From the NCBI GenBank assembly GCA_001643675.2, contig LSRY02000015.1, forward strand, positions 558,001 to 622,000: a stretch of 64,000 bases of DNA, read 5' to 3'. Shown here one piece after another: positions 12,701-46,850 of the stretch. The notes under the pieces are model-generated. The model did not search any database and was not told the origin of the DNA. It saw only the letters and a program-made list of their open reading frames with translations. The position numbers and the translations under genes are program-made. The DNA comes from Monocercomonoides exilis PA203. Its lineage: Eukaryota > Protista > Preaxostyla. Within the stretch, counting starts at the first letter, position 1. Each line of letters begins with the position of its first letter.

Positions 12701-12924
12701 CATCTCGTTTAGCGTCTTCTCCTTCTCCTTCTCCTTCTTCCTCTCCTTTTCCCCACTCTGCCTCTGTCGTCGCCATCACTCCACGACCTGTTCCTTATCC
12801 ACCCCGCAAACAGCCTGCGATGATACAGCACACACAGTCAGTGAAACGATCTGGTGCTTTAGCTTCCCCATCTCCACCACCAACGACTATCGTCCAGACT
12901 TCGGCTGTATCTGCTCGTTCGTGA
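3790..12924 (+). CDS. CAMKK/SAK1-like Ser/Thr protein kinase with a very long low-complexity C-terminal tail; one predicted intron (4372-4473)
   Basis: INQY...IGEGRFASV, AMK, HRDIKPNN, DFG, GTFAFFAPE, DVWAAGVTAY...FGVFPF, LLEKDPAKRMTI...HPW. INQY and GTxAFxAPE are typical of the CAMKK family. Confidence 0.85.
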   Translation: MGNVFKKYNAMHAPKQPLSSESPCSNDSTEAISSLHNNYQDQRIYTTEISQPLILPPPDSLQAELPPIDPELALAPTELFHSQLSSSQRIISEEPPEFIKLPTFHHADTCGHGSDNQNSPNNFSFSEGNIVKLPITTPNGMQSTYKTKRTYSVVTRHTSDGTIKINQYELTHQIGEGRFASVYQCIDKTTDTKYVRIFCFANFTKHILLILMLTLIFFYIEKIVFLFKAMKIIHRDIQKKWNEKNRANNFKTEIMVMKRLQKHPSFLRLVEVIQAQSCSEVYLIMELCEGGTVMQIKKTQRAATTQPHLMEIALMMQHDPLQTVLVHNPEHSSISTKNQHIESHSTSNSQPDASDFPADNSNKETSHSNTKEAHIIHSAISPQSPYDSAIPVLPALPVPLIIQHTLFEPLPLELTKYYLRDLFPALHYMHSLNIIHRDIKPNNILLKSEGRIKLVDFGSASVLSHPHQMLRDTSGTFAFFAPEMCSGKMFYGQPVDVWAAGVTAYIFCFGVFPFGSEESQTSDESLFREIQHAPLTFPATMPELEAPSVSSSSSSSSSSSSSSPSTSSSPSASSSSSSSSGVSLLLRHFLSGLLEKDPAKRMTIAEACVHPWLLEGFSRPIPLSFLEESKFRGADLHLAERMMRWREREEARWQRMMAVEPLKPGRGFQSATDAYQAQVQLQQQALQNSFVSAEHIQLLQQQAQFVVTQSPFPTELSENEQIALFEEWRVEYRKELAEEKKEALQVLKSSALMPSQAHLSRMPKKQKGRHVPGEERYPQLHSACHTSETESATTPTTTTSAAVQAHHVYSSHSQTRSQSHSQSQSHSNSHSHSYSLVQAQSQSQSQSQTQASSQSGHQLMFLHRRLNAAHPPRSTSRGASVFASRHSAFHSYSRHTGENHPSQRRTHSPRLVQPSIAGQFQRIIRPLTRRTPILQGIRRHLRANDEDTTIITLSTDEGEGVDRNEYEYEDGEAAQHGGEQRHLKHHRRVGHSLAAHSAHTAHTAHTAHSSQSVNTVHSKHSVHSVHTVHSSNSAASTQSIQSSQSIQSSLSTGYQANAPVQTTQIPFVMSIPSAPSVMELAHVPQISPDSSPNVAMQIRDAITSSQLFSSFNSQPFSTSSSFYSCSSSSSSSSSSSSSAPSSSACSLLNSTVTSTASFPCSSNITLSSASSDQPTPEHINQMSTANTQEYQETQIVPYARKQYSTGSFYQSAMSSGSISSSSSSSSASSSSSSSSSITTEIQMLPTAQCLPDPSTLTLSDVDIPLFYPSASSSSSSSSSSSSSSSSSSSSSSSSSSSSSSSSSSSSSSSSSSSSSSSSSSSSSSSSSSSSSSSSSSSSSSSSSSSSSSSSSSSSSSSSSSSSSSSSSSSSSSSSSSSSLSPSNERELTLSPIPDSTESYIIHSSSSHLSPYYNHSHSHNQHQQQHQHQHLNYNHHHHHHNHFSSREREREREIIADDFIYRTECEEGETDSDTLSHSHNSCSLHSHSAVNTNTHSNANANVNVNSNSIGNANVSSLSPKITQCSSSNSVSSSHSQSSSHSHKHNILSSQMFDSSPYTLTISTSPPLSPTGQPTIHSPILHIQPIPSIPPPSSIPPLPSIPSIPPLPPASSIPPAPPVPHMSTDLSSDEGNEYVKMQQEESSSGRLYEFDTQSAYQNSSSDSLAVFEGSENRNETVSRLKRRRDRNKEKERRRRKVVKKNKVEKHVPKFITPFEENKELINQQHVIEPFQPLPSLDDPLFTPLINRVTSATELLYEQEMAEKEREKEREREKEKQKEAEDGRNRIEDVIVDSKDEKKENEENGVSSNTIEDSTCWDALHAQQPTSPNSSSSSSSSSTSLPPPLSPSSSSSETANNNLQINTISSSEGKTQEESLTEGQTEQQSKDKETETEKSDKSEQTTEKQENSEKPKESKEGSKEQTEEDEEEEEIDKPLAVYYQSFPPSDSIVMEAKGEVEMMQKQADILIFRSAMHHIAQNDNSIQRRDYHSKSRNRNRNERGNKKRIRRGRRRRNTNEEEEEEEEEEEEILEEEEEEEEDDEEEEAISESDISSGRCVDSRNYQSERKKGSYHTTSATSSMQEIFHENEEIGTCSMEENEINQKQKDKQSAHSFISSGEVFEGEQMQQMIGVPTEEVSREASSFEAYEPFEEREMFLEPKERNMQPEHSADDYITPSSSYSSLPLLTDTAESISPPFAGYEQSPPHSPLMNGTQAVECVPCSLSSRSSSVSSRGSMQSHRRRDYSHSRRRAHGSQQRHKRMHNNRNHRIHNHNHNLNGHHHHEADTDSSESSQRSEHNSNISSSTRSSSEESSDFLLTPTPTQSPTPTQTPISSPSPSPSPGPSPASPSSRTPSPLPHSPNGLPMEPPRPSNTAEFDRSGITTVHNEHLLDEGIVDCVSEFDETLQSQREGSSSVETDGMIRQLPFQQTDAAVRDAEARERAQALMMALIRSRNLYTNHAQLQQHGGEAGEAAMMGNMNQNHIDLANNTEERLQAAPLPLVQQTDPDEVVPQLPIPHLPHNSHISQGNEESIASDGNLNPLPVLPFHFNGEGQPFQQYPFDERDLRTVSRFSGLTSTQCRNLFSYRTVVPSSLGTSSALITENEASTPHPHAPLLSATHSTPHNTHMLSQQAAHIGKSESRENVTLAHTVSSQYFPLLLMQNMSPSAGLFTNHNPTASSPSQAHNFSVAGSPSCLPYTLRELETARLTPHSLQHSQQVSYSQSHSQSHPHSHSHPHDALVGESFTETDSEEMKMAEEKLSSHHSLSSVGSSSASSSFNVPPSHSPAASPSTFSLLSQPYSTAAMASSPNPTSVSIVTSSSSSSSPSSSAKSSNILFIPQGLCPAAPSYSAHFRSSFSSQRSPHSSPFAFASSSSSYISSPFSSSTSSSFTTSTTTNLPSNANSNSIPSSSSSFSSSSPAPPLLPSSHHMLSSSPPLSFITYSNSPNGAASVSPAPSVSPSPSSFSSHAVFITPRSPSRLASSPSPSPSSSPFPHSASVVAITPRPVPYPPRKQPAMIQHTQSVKRSGALASPSPPPTTIVQTSAVSARS
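4372..4473 (+). other. Predicted 102-nt in-frame, stop-free GT-AG intron in the kinase gene
   Basis: GTACGC...TTTTCAAG, very AT-rich; removal restores KTTDTKY-AMKII (subdomain I-II junction). Confidence 0.8.
7600..7923 (+). repeat. (TCTTCCTCT)n coding minisatellite giving ~108 consecutive Ser
   Basis: Near-perfect 9-bp tandem repeat in frame within the kinase tail. Confidence 0.95.
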
Positions 12925-13649
12925 AACTGATTGTTGTTATTATTTTTTCGCATGAAGAAAGAAAGAAAAGAAAGAAGACGAAGAAAATTCATTATTTTGA
13001 GGTTTTATCAGAGAAGTTAGTTTTCATTGATGTGCCTATGTTTTGTGAACTGATGTGTCAAAATTATTTTTTCATCTATTAATTCTTATTTATGCGCTTA
13101 TTCCGTGTCCATTGAAAATTTTTTTGCTTTTTAAGTTTTGTTCACAAATAACTTGTGTTTTTGTGCTTTTGCTGATGAAGGTCTCATCATTTGTTGAGAT
13201 TTTTTCCTTTTCTTCAAAGAGTCTTCACTTCAAAAGCATCATTTTTTTATCTTTGGCATGTACTTGTATGCTGTTTTCTTGTCTGTTATAGTATTCATCG
13301 TTGCATTGAGAATAAATTAAGTTGAGAGAGAGAAAAAAATAAAAATAAAAACAATACATTTCTGAAACAATCTATGTTTGTTGTAAGGTTTAACAAAAAG
13401 TGTAAAAGGATATATTTTTGATACTACTTGTAATTCTCAAAGTGTTCCTCATTTTCAATACAAATTCTAAATCTAGTTCAAATAATAAATGAAAAAATTG
13501 AATTCACAAATTTGAAAGAAAAGTACTCATAAAATGAAAGTGCAAAATGTTAAAAAAACAAAGAAGGACAAAAAAGAGATATATTGAAAGAAGGGGCATT
13601 GAAAAACAAGTTCGCTTTTTTTATATTTTCTTTTTACACATCGAGAAGA

Positions 13650-14198
13650 AAGGAAATTGAAGGAGAGATTGATTCAGATGGGACATTTTGTAGGAAATAA
13701 TATGTAGACTGGAAGAGAAGGGGGATACGTTGAAAGAAGTGCTTTTATGAGTGAATCGCATTTCTCTTCATTTTGTGCCTCATCTGCCACATTCCTTTCT
13801 TCACCTTCCATACCCCTTATATCCCTCTCTCATTTGATATTTTTCAATATCTCAACAGCAAATGATGCATGTTCATCTCCAACAACAACGTCAACCCAAA
13901 CCTCATGTTTGATAAGCAGTTGCTCATTCACTTCTGTTTGTGATGTGTATGATGGAGGGATTGTCCCTTCTCTGAACAATCCCTTGGCCTCACTGACTGC
14001 TTCAAATACATCCTTTGTTGGGTGTTGTCAAACAAGAAATGTTGTATGTGAAGGAACATCAGACAGAAAGTTGACTCCATGGAGACAGAACGAAACATCC
14101 AATGGAGCGAATACATTTGTTTGGTTTGAATGGAGTGAATCGAGGACAACAGGAAACAACGATTTATGTGCTTATGGTTATTATAACGTTGAGAATAT
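13650..14198 (-). pseudogene. Possible decayed gene fragment of unknown family
   Basis: After an acceptor-like CACTTACAG, one minus frame reads as protein-like (AHKSLFPVVLDSL...EQLLIKHEVWVDVVVGDEHASFAVEILKNIK...) but carries 3 TAA and 3 TGA. GC content is higher than the flanks. Confidence 0.3.
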
Positions 14199-14833
14199 CT
14201 GTAAGTGAAATAAGGGAAACAGAATGTTTTCTGTTCATCATTGTGAAATCAATGGTTGCAAATAAATAGCACTGAAGAAGGAATAATGCATGCAAATACA
14301 AAACATATTGAAATTGAAATCAGAGTATTTTATGTTGGTAAAGAACAAAATCACAATTGATGTTGATGAACAAAGATTAACTCATTATAATAAAGCCAAC
14401 AGTTGAATTTTATTGTGGTTTTGGTTCTATTTCAAATGCAAGTGCTAAAAGAAAACTTCTCTTCGATTGTATGCTCGTAATTTTGATCACTATATTCTTT
14501 TCTTCATCTTCAGTCTATCAGTTTCATTAACATAACGGAGCAAACTTTATTAAAAAAGGAGTTACGCTTTCATTGTCACAAAAGAAGTTGAATGGCGAAT
14601 GAAATACCGAAGCATCGACCTTTGAACGTAAACATAATTGATTTAATTTCGGAGGAAGTTGAAAGCGATTCAGAGGAATTGTATGAAGCGAATTATATTA
14701 ATTCATGCTCTATGGTTGCAATTTTTTGCTCCGAAAATCTGAGCTGCAATGAGCTCTACAGTGACAGTGCTTTACCGAAGAATTCAAATTTCAAACCATT
14801 TCATTTCAACTACAATTCTTGCTCTGTTTGTTC

Positions 14834-17768
14834 TTAATATCCCATACCTGCACTTGAAGCTGAGAGTTGTGGTGTTAATTTTCCTTCATCAGCAGCCTCA
14901 ATCATATCGTGGAAGAACCTCAATTGCTTCCCAATCACTTTCCTCAAAATTTCTTCCTCTTCAGCCATCGCTCTTGCTCTTTCCCTCTCTTTCCTTCTTT
15001 CATTTTCCTCATCCCATTCCACCCTTTGCAGGAACTTCCTTTCAGAATCTCGTCTTCTTCCATGAATCGAATCCAGCTTCGTCAGCGCATTTTCTATCTC
15101 TCCCGTCCTTCTGTTCGCACCTCTCTTGCTCTCATCATCCAAAAGACGCTGCATCCGATCCTCAAATTCGTCATCTGCCATCTTTTGTGCCGCATCCATC
15201 TGCTCTTTCGACTCTCTCTCTGCTTTCTCTCTCATCCTCTGTGCTTCTCTCAGCAATGCATCGACTTCGTCTCTGTTCTTCTTCCTTTCCGCTGCTCTGC
15301 GCGCTGCCTCCTTCTCCCTTTCTTCCCACAACTTCAGCTCTTCCTCCATCCTCTGTTTTCTGTGTGCTCTTTCTTTCTCCTCATCAGCTGCTGCTAGCGC
15401 CATCAGCATCTCTGCCTCCTTCTCTCTCCTTCCAACGTCTCCAACTGCCCTGTCGTGACCTCTCATTCTCCTTCTCGCCTCGTTCTTCCTCGATGCATCT
15501 CTAACTGTACCATCTTCTGCTGCATCTTCATGATCCCACTCTTCTCCACGCATTATCTGCTTGTCACGTGCTGCACGCCTCGCAGCATCTATCACACCTC
15601 TCATCTCATCAATCACTTGCTGCCCAGCCCTCTCTTCCTCTGCATCATCGAGTCTGTTCATTGCCCTGTCTTCTAATGCTCTCACTTCTTCCTCCTCTTC
15701 CATCGCCAGCAGATCTGCCTCGTCCTCTTTCATTTGTTGCTCTGCATCTCTCTTTGCAGCTTCTGCCGTTGCTTTTTCCGCTTCAGCAGCATCTTTGATC
15801 AATGATATTGTGCGTTTCTGCTTCTCTTCCACATTTCGCAGTCTTTCTTCTCGTTCAACAGCATCAGCACGCCTCTTCTCATCCTTCAGAGCTGCAATTC
15901 TCCGTTTCTCCGCATTCTTCAGCTCTGCCTTTGCATCTCTCGCTGCCTGTGCTTCTTTCTCCCACAGCTCCCTCTCTTTCGCTGCAACATCTCTCTGAAG
16001 CGCTTTAGCCTCAACATCTGCCACTCGCCTCGCCACTTTCTCTTCTTCAAGTCTTGCTCTCGCCCGCTCATTCAGCTCGTGCTGCACAAACGGCCTGTTA
16101 TATCGTTCAAACGGTGGATATCGTGGACAAATAGCCGGAAGAGGCTCAAAACGCGGAGTGTGCGCAAACACGCCAAGAAGAAGTGAAGAAGGAACTGACC
16201 CGTATATCATATAAGCTCTGCGTATGACAGCCTCCACTGAGAGCGGATGTGTGTGTGTGAAAAATGTTTCAAACTGGCGCTGCATTGCCAGTTCCAACAG
16301 AAGTGATCGTGCTTCAATCACATATGCAACACCAACGCAGAGCAAAAATGGAGCCTTTTCTGGGGCATCTTGCATAAACAGCACATGATCCATTAGCATT
16401 GCCCATTCAGCGAGAGAGAAGCATTCAGAATACAAGCATTGCATCGGCTTCCACAGCCACAGAACAGGAGGAATGGCACATCGGTGGAAATGAGATGAAA
16501 GCTCTGAGTCGAAGTGCTCGAGAAGCATTTCTCCTTTTGTCAGAAAAGCGACAGGAAGTGCGGGGATCTTTTCCATCCACTCGGCAAAAAGAGTACTTGT
16601 GAGTGTGATGAGGACTTCCAAGCACAAATGATCGTCTTCCAGAAGCTTGACAAAGGGAAATACGAGTGATGGATAAAAGCTGGTACAAACGGGTACATGA
16701 TGAGAAAGCAGCACCACAGGTGTTTGTGATTTGACATGTGAAAGCTTTTGTTTCTTCTGGTGCTGACTGAGCGAAGCAGGGGAAGATGAAAGTGTCGCAG
16801 TTGAAGGTGATGATGACTTTGATAAAGTGGGCGAAGTGTGATGGAGTGAAGTTGATTGCATATCAGATGTTAAAGTTGAAGAAGAAGAGAGAGACGAGAC
16901 GTTCATCTCCCATTCTCTTTCAATTGGACCAACATCTGCACAGACAGGTGACCAAAAGGCGAGCATAGACAAAACTCTGTGAAAGCGCGTTGATAGATGT
17001 TTGTCTCTGATTGGATACACCGAAGGAACGTGGTCAAGCCCAGGATGGAAACCTCGTCTGCTGAGATCGCCAAAGGCTGTTGAAGAAAGAGGGAGAGACA
17101 ATATATGAGCCCATATATCTGCTCTATATTTAGATGGAAATTGAAGGTGTTTTTTCAGAAGATTTGAAAGTTGTTTATTAGAGAGACCTTTCTTTTGACC
17201 CTTAGCCAATGGTTCTTGTATGCGAACAGGAGGAAAAGTCGATGGCTTCATTTGCAGATTTAAACCAATCTTAGAAGAAATATTTTGACCGTTGTTATTT
17301 GAATTTCTTGGAGATTGATGATTCTCAGCTTTCTGTGAAGAGTTTGATGAATAAATTTCTTGAGATTGCGTCAACAGTCTTGGAGAAGAAGAATTTTGTT
17401 CTTTACCAAATGTAGATTCATTATAATTAAACATCTGAGATGAGGACGCTGGAGAGTTGCGCGGGCTGTTGCGAGTTGTCGATGAAGACGAAGATAATTT
17501 CTCATTTGAATGCAAAGGCGATTTCGAAGCAATTGTCTTTTTATAATGGTCAAAAGATTCTTTTGGAGGCTTAAGAATTGTTGAAAATTTTGTTAGTTCA
17601 TCCAAAGATCTAATTGAAATTTTAATACAAAAAATAATAGCTAAATATCATAAATTTTAAATATGCAATAAACTCAAGATATGAAGGATATTCCATTTTC
17701 GGTACAGGTACCTCAATTGGAGTAGATACATAGGGATATGGTGAAGTGTATATATATGGAGTACCCAT
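14834..17768 (-). CDS. TBC1D31: TBC1D31 (WDR67)-like Rab-GAP TBC-domain protein with C-terminal coiled coil; exons 17768-17674 and 17609-14834
   Basis: LLKKHLQFPSKYRADIWAHILSLP, YPIRDKHL, LAFWS, LVFPFVKL, LLEHFDSELSSHF, LYSECFSLAEW and RYPPFERY...ERAR match TBC1D31 blocks. A 64-nt GT-AG intron (17673-17610) joins an upstream ATG exon in frame. Confidence 0.8.
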
Positions 17769-17856
17769 CCCGACAGACAAATTCCAGATCAAAGTTTAAA
17801 GATTAATTTATAATAAATGGGAAAGATCGTAATAAAAAAGCTTCGCAATTCTTTTG
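17769..17856. promoter_or_regulatory. Putative 88-bp bidirectional promoter region
   Basis: Divergent predicted start codons at 17768 (-) and 17857 (+). Confidence 0.55.
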
Positions 17857-20684
17857 ATGAGCCACTTCCTATTTACGTTATTCTTTTGTGCATCAACAAT
17901 ACTTTTAGAGTGTGCTTGTTATATTAAAGCATATTTTTGTTTTATAAGCCTTATATATATGAATATTTTTGATCCAGAGATGCTCCTCCGCAAACGGAGG
18001 CTGTTCACGAATTTGAAGCAGATATTTCAAAAATGATGAGAATTATTATTAATTCGTTGTACTCAAACAAGGATATTTTCCTTAGGGAATTGATTTCGAA
18101 CTCTGCTGATGCTTTGAACAAAGTCAGGATCGACAGCGTTGATAACCCAGCAATTCTTGGAGAAGGAGAATCGAAAAAGTTACACATTCATATCGTAACT
18201 GATGAAGATGCAAACACTTTATCAGTTATTGATACTGGTATTGGAATGAATGAAACAGAACTTATCCAGAATCTTGGTACAATTGCGCATTCTGGAACTC
18301 AAAGATTTTTGGATGGAGTTGGAAACGGAACGAAGGATGCCGATCTCATTGGTCAATTTGGTGTCGGATTTTATTCTTCATTTTTAGTTGCAGATAAAGT
18401 TGTTGTAACTTCAAGAAGATATAATTCATCCCAAAATATCTGGGTTTCGAATAATGCACAATCATTTGAAGTTTATCCCGATACAAAAGGACCGGATCTG
18501 GTTCGTGGAACCAAAGTTACTTTGCACCTTAGAGATCTTCAATACTCTAATGCAACATTTATTAAAGAATTAGCAGTTCATTATTCTGAATATGTGGATT
18601 TCCCGATTTATGTGAGAATCGATCATGACAATAAGAAGAAGGAAGAAAAGAAAGATAAAGACGATGAAGACGAAGATGACGATGAAGAAAAGCCAGTTGG
18701 TGAAAGAACTGTTACTGAGAAAGATGGACGTATGTACGATTTTGTACATGTGAATCCAAGAAAAGCCATTTGGTTGAGAGACCCTTCAAACGTGACTGAA
18801 ACGGAATACATTGAATTTTACCGCTCCATTATTAAGGATTATGGAGACACACCTCTCACATGGTCTCACTTCTTGAGCGAATCAAAAGACGTGTCATTTA
18901 GATCAATTTTGTACATTCCTGGAACAGTTCCAGATATGGAAATGACAGCTCATCGCAAATATCACTCGTTGAAACTGTATATCCATCGTGTGTTAATTGC
19001 AGAGGAGTTTGACGACTTTATTCCAAGATATTTGACCTTTGTTCGTGGTGTTGTGGATTCTGAGGATCTGCAGCTGAATGTTTCTCGAGAGATGCTTCAA
19101 GATTCCAAGGCATTGAGAACAATTGGAAAGAAGATTGTACGCAAGATTATCCAAATGATGCTTGATTTAGCTGAAAAAGCTGAGAATGAAGGAGACAAAA
19201 CATTCGACCGATTCTATCAGCTGTACAGCAAGTACATCAAAATCGGTATTATGGAAGACAGCCCACATCGCAGAAAGCTTGCTCGTTTGCTTCGCTTTAA
19301 CACAACCAAGACAGAACCAGGAAAAGTGATTTCATTGGATGAATACTTGGAGAGAATGAGACCAGATCAGACTGACTTCTTCTACATTGCAGGTGATCCA
19401 GAGACAATGTTGACAGAAGAGTCACCATTCCTCATTCCATACAGAAAGAAGGGAATTGAAGTGCTTATTCTTCCAGAGCCACAGGATGAGATGGTTATTA
19501 AAGATCTGAAAGAGTACGATAACAAGATTTTCATTTGCGTGACACAAGTTGAAAAGAAGCCACTTTCAGCAGAATCTGATTTTGAACGAGAGAAATTGAA
19601 GCAATGGAGAAAGAGATTCAAGCCATTGGTGAGCTTCTTCAAGGAAGCCTTGGAAGACGATATAGAAAGAGTGGAAGTTTCAGCACGTTTAGCTGCTGAT
19701 TCTCGAACTCCCTGCGTTTTGGCTCATGTTGAAGGAACAGCCTCAGCAAACATGGAGCGCTATTCAAGACAACAACACAGAGTTGATCCCAGATTCAACA
19801 TTTATGAATCAAAGAAAGTGCTTGAGATCAACCCAACAAACAACCTGATCAAAAGAATGAATGTGGCTGTGCAGCAAGTGGAGGCCGAGGGCATTGAAGG
19901 ACCAGATGAGGAAGAAGGAGAAGACAGAGAAATGGCCGAGGAAAGAATGGCAAACAACAAGAAGAAGCTGGAAATCATGGCCAAATTGCTGTATGATACA
20001 GCTATCTTTGAATCTGGCTATGTGATTGCAGATTCAAATGAATATGCGGAGAGAGTGTTTGATGTGCTGACTAGAATGACAGGACTGCCAGATGCCCCAG
20101 TTGAGGAAAAAGAGTTGCTTAAGGATCTTTTGAGCGATGATGATGAGGAAGAGAGAGATGAAAGTGGAAAGAAGAAGGAAAAAGCAGGAATTCAGAAAAT
20201 GAAGGAAGAGCTGCAAAAGAAGAGAGAGATGCAAAAGAAGAACGAGGAGAGGAAAGAAGAAAAGAAGGAGGAGAAGAAAGAAGAGAAAAAACCTGAGAAG
20301 AAAGAGGAGAAGAAAGAAGAAAAGAAGCCTGAAAAGAAGGAAGAGAAAAAGGAAGAGAAAAAAGAAGAGAAAAAAGAAGAGAAAAAAGAAGAGAAAAAGG
20401 AGGAAAAGAAGGAGGAAAAGAAACCAGAAAAGAAAGAGGAGAAAAAAGAGGTTAAGAAAGAGGAAAAGAAGGAAGAGGAAAAGCCAAAGAAGGAGGAAAA
20501 GAAAGAAGAGAAGAAGCCAGAAAAGAAAGAGGAAAAGAAAGAGGAGAAGAAAGAGGAGAAGAAGCAAGAGAAAAATGAAGAAAAGAAAGAAGAGAAAAAG
20601 ACAGAAAAGAAGGAAGAGAAGAAGCCAAAAAAGAAAGAAGAAAAGAAGCCAACAAAGTCCAAGAGCGAAAAGAATGAGCTGTAG
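17857..20684 (+). CDS. HSP90B1: ER HSP90 (GRP94/endoplasmin); exons 17857-17909 and 17978-20684
   Basis: Signal-like N-terminus MSHFLFTLFFCASTILL, HEFEADISKMMRIIINSLYSNKDIFLRELISN, DTGIGM, LGTIAHSGT, IGQFGVGFYSSFLVA, GVVDSEDLQLNVSREMLQ; ends KNEL. A 68-nt GT-AG intron (17910-17977) keeps the frame. Confidence 0.95.
20250..20650 (+). repeat. KKEE/KKPE tetrapeptide repeat in the GRP94 tail
   Basis: About 30 degenerate 12-bp units encoding E/K tetrapeptides before KNEL. Confidence 0.9.
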
Positions 20685-20897
20685 TTTATATATTTTTTAT
20701 TTATTTTTGAACCCTTGTACCAAATATTCTTTCTTTTTTATCTCCAATTGTTTCATTCCATTACAGTATTTTTAAAATATTGATTCTTGCGTGAAACGTA
20801 TAATAATACTTTTAAAAATTATAACATTGTAAAAAATAAGAAAGAAAGAAATGAAGTGACTACTCTAAACAGGCAATTTAAAAAAATAATTTTTCAA

Positions 20898-43004
<22,107 letters not shown>

Positions 43005-43170
43005 CTAAAAAAATGTGAGGTAACCCACAATTCGTTTAATAACGAAAAAGTTTTCAAAGTTGAGAAGAACATAATTTTTGAGCGAATCAATATGGAAAAA
43101 ATGAATATTCTATGAAACATATTAATAATGTGATCCTTCCCAACACAAATAGAACAAATACTTAATTTAC

Positions 43171-46438
<3,268 letters not shown>

Positions 46439-46621
46439 TTATGATTCAAATAATGAGAAATTAAACAAAATATAGATATTTTTGTTAACACTTCTTTTAG
46501 CAATTATTCACTTCACGATATTTATCACTTATTTTTGTTTCAATAAATATTTTCAAAAATTTGAAAATTGATTTTTCCTAATATTTCAATAATTTAATTT
46601 TATTTACGATTTATCATATAG

Positions 46622-46822
46622 CTGATCCTTTTTGAAATCAAACTTTCGTTCGAGTTTTGATCAAATATTTAATCTCAATGGGATTTTGAAAAATTGAGTC
46701 GAAATAAAGAACACTTATCGTTTGTGATATTGCAATAGCAAAAACAAATATTAACAAAAATCCCATTGAGATAAAAATTTTGATCAAAACTTAAATGAAA
46801 GTGTGATTTCAAAAAGGATCAG
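46622..46822. mobile_element. MITE, ~200 bp, with ~65-bp imperfect TIRs
   Basis: CTGATCCTTTTTGAAATCAAACTTTC...CTCAATGGGATTTT is inverted relative to AAAATCCCATTGAG...GAAAGTGTGATTTCAAAAAGGATCAG. Confidence 0.8.
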
Positions 46823-46850
46823 TTTTATTATATTTATTCAAACAAATAAA

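Noticed and set aside
14592-14837. 81-aa + strand ORF abutting the TBC1D31 stop
   Set aside because: No recognisable motif; probably the 3' UTR region of the opposite gene.
20034-20662. Hydrophobic F/S/L-rich minus-strand ORFs
   Set aside because: Antisense shadows of the GRP94 KKEE repeat.
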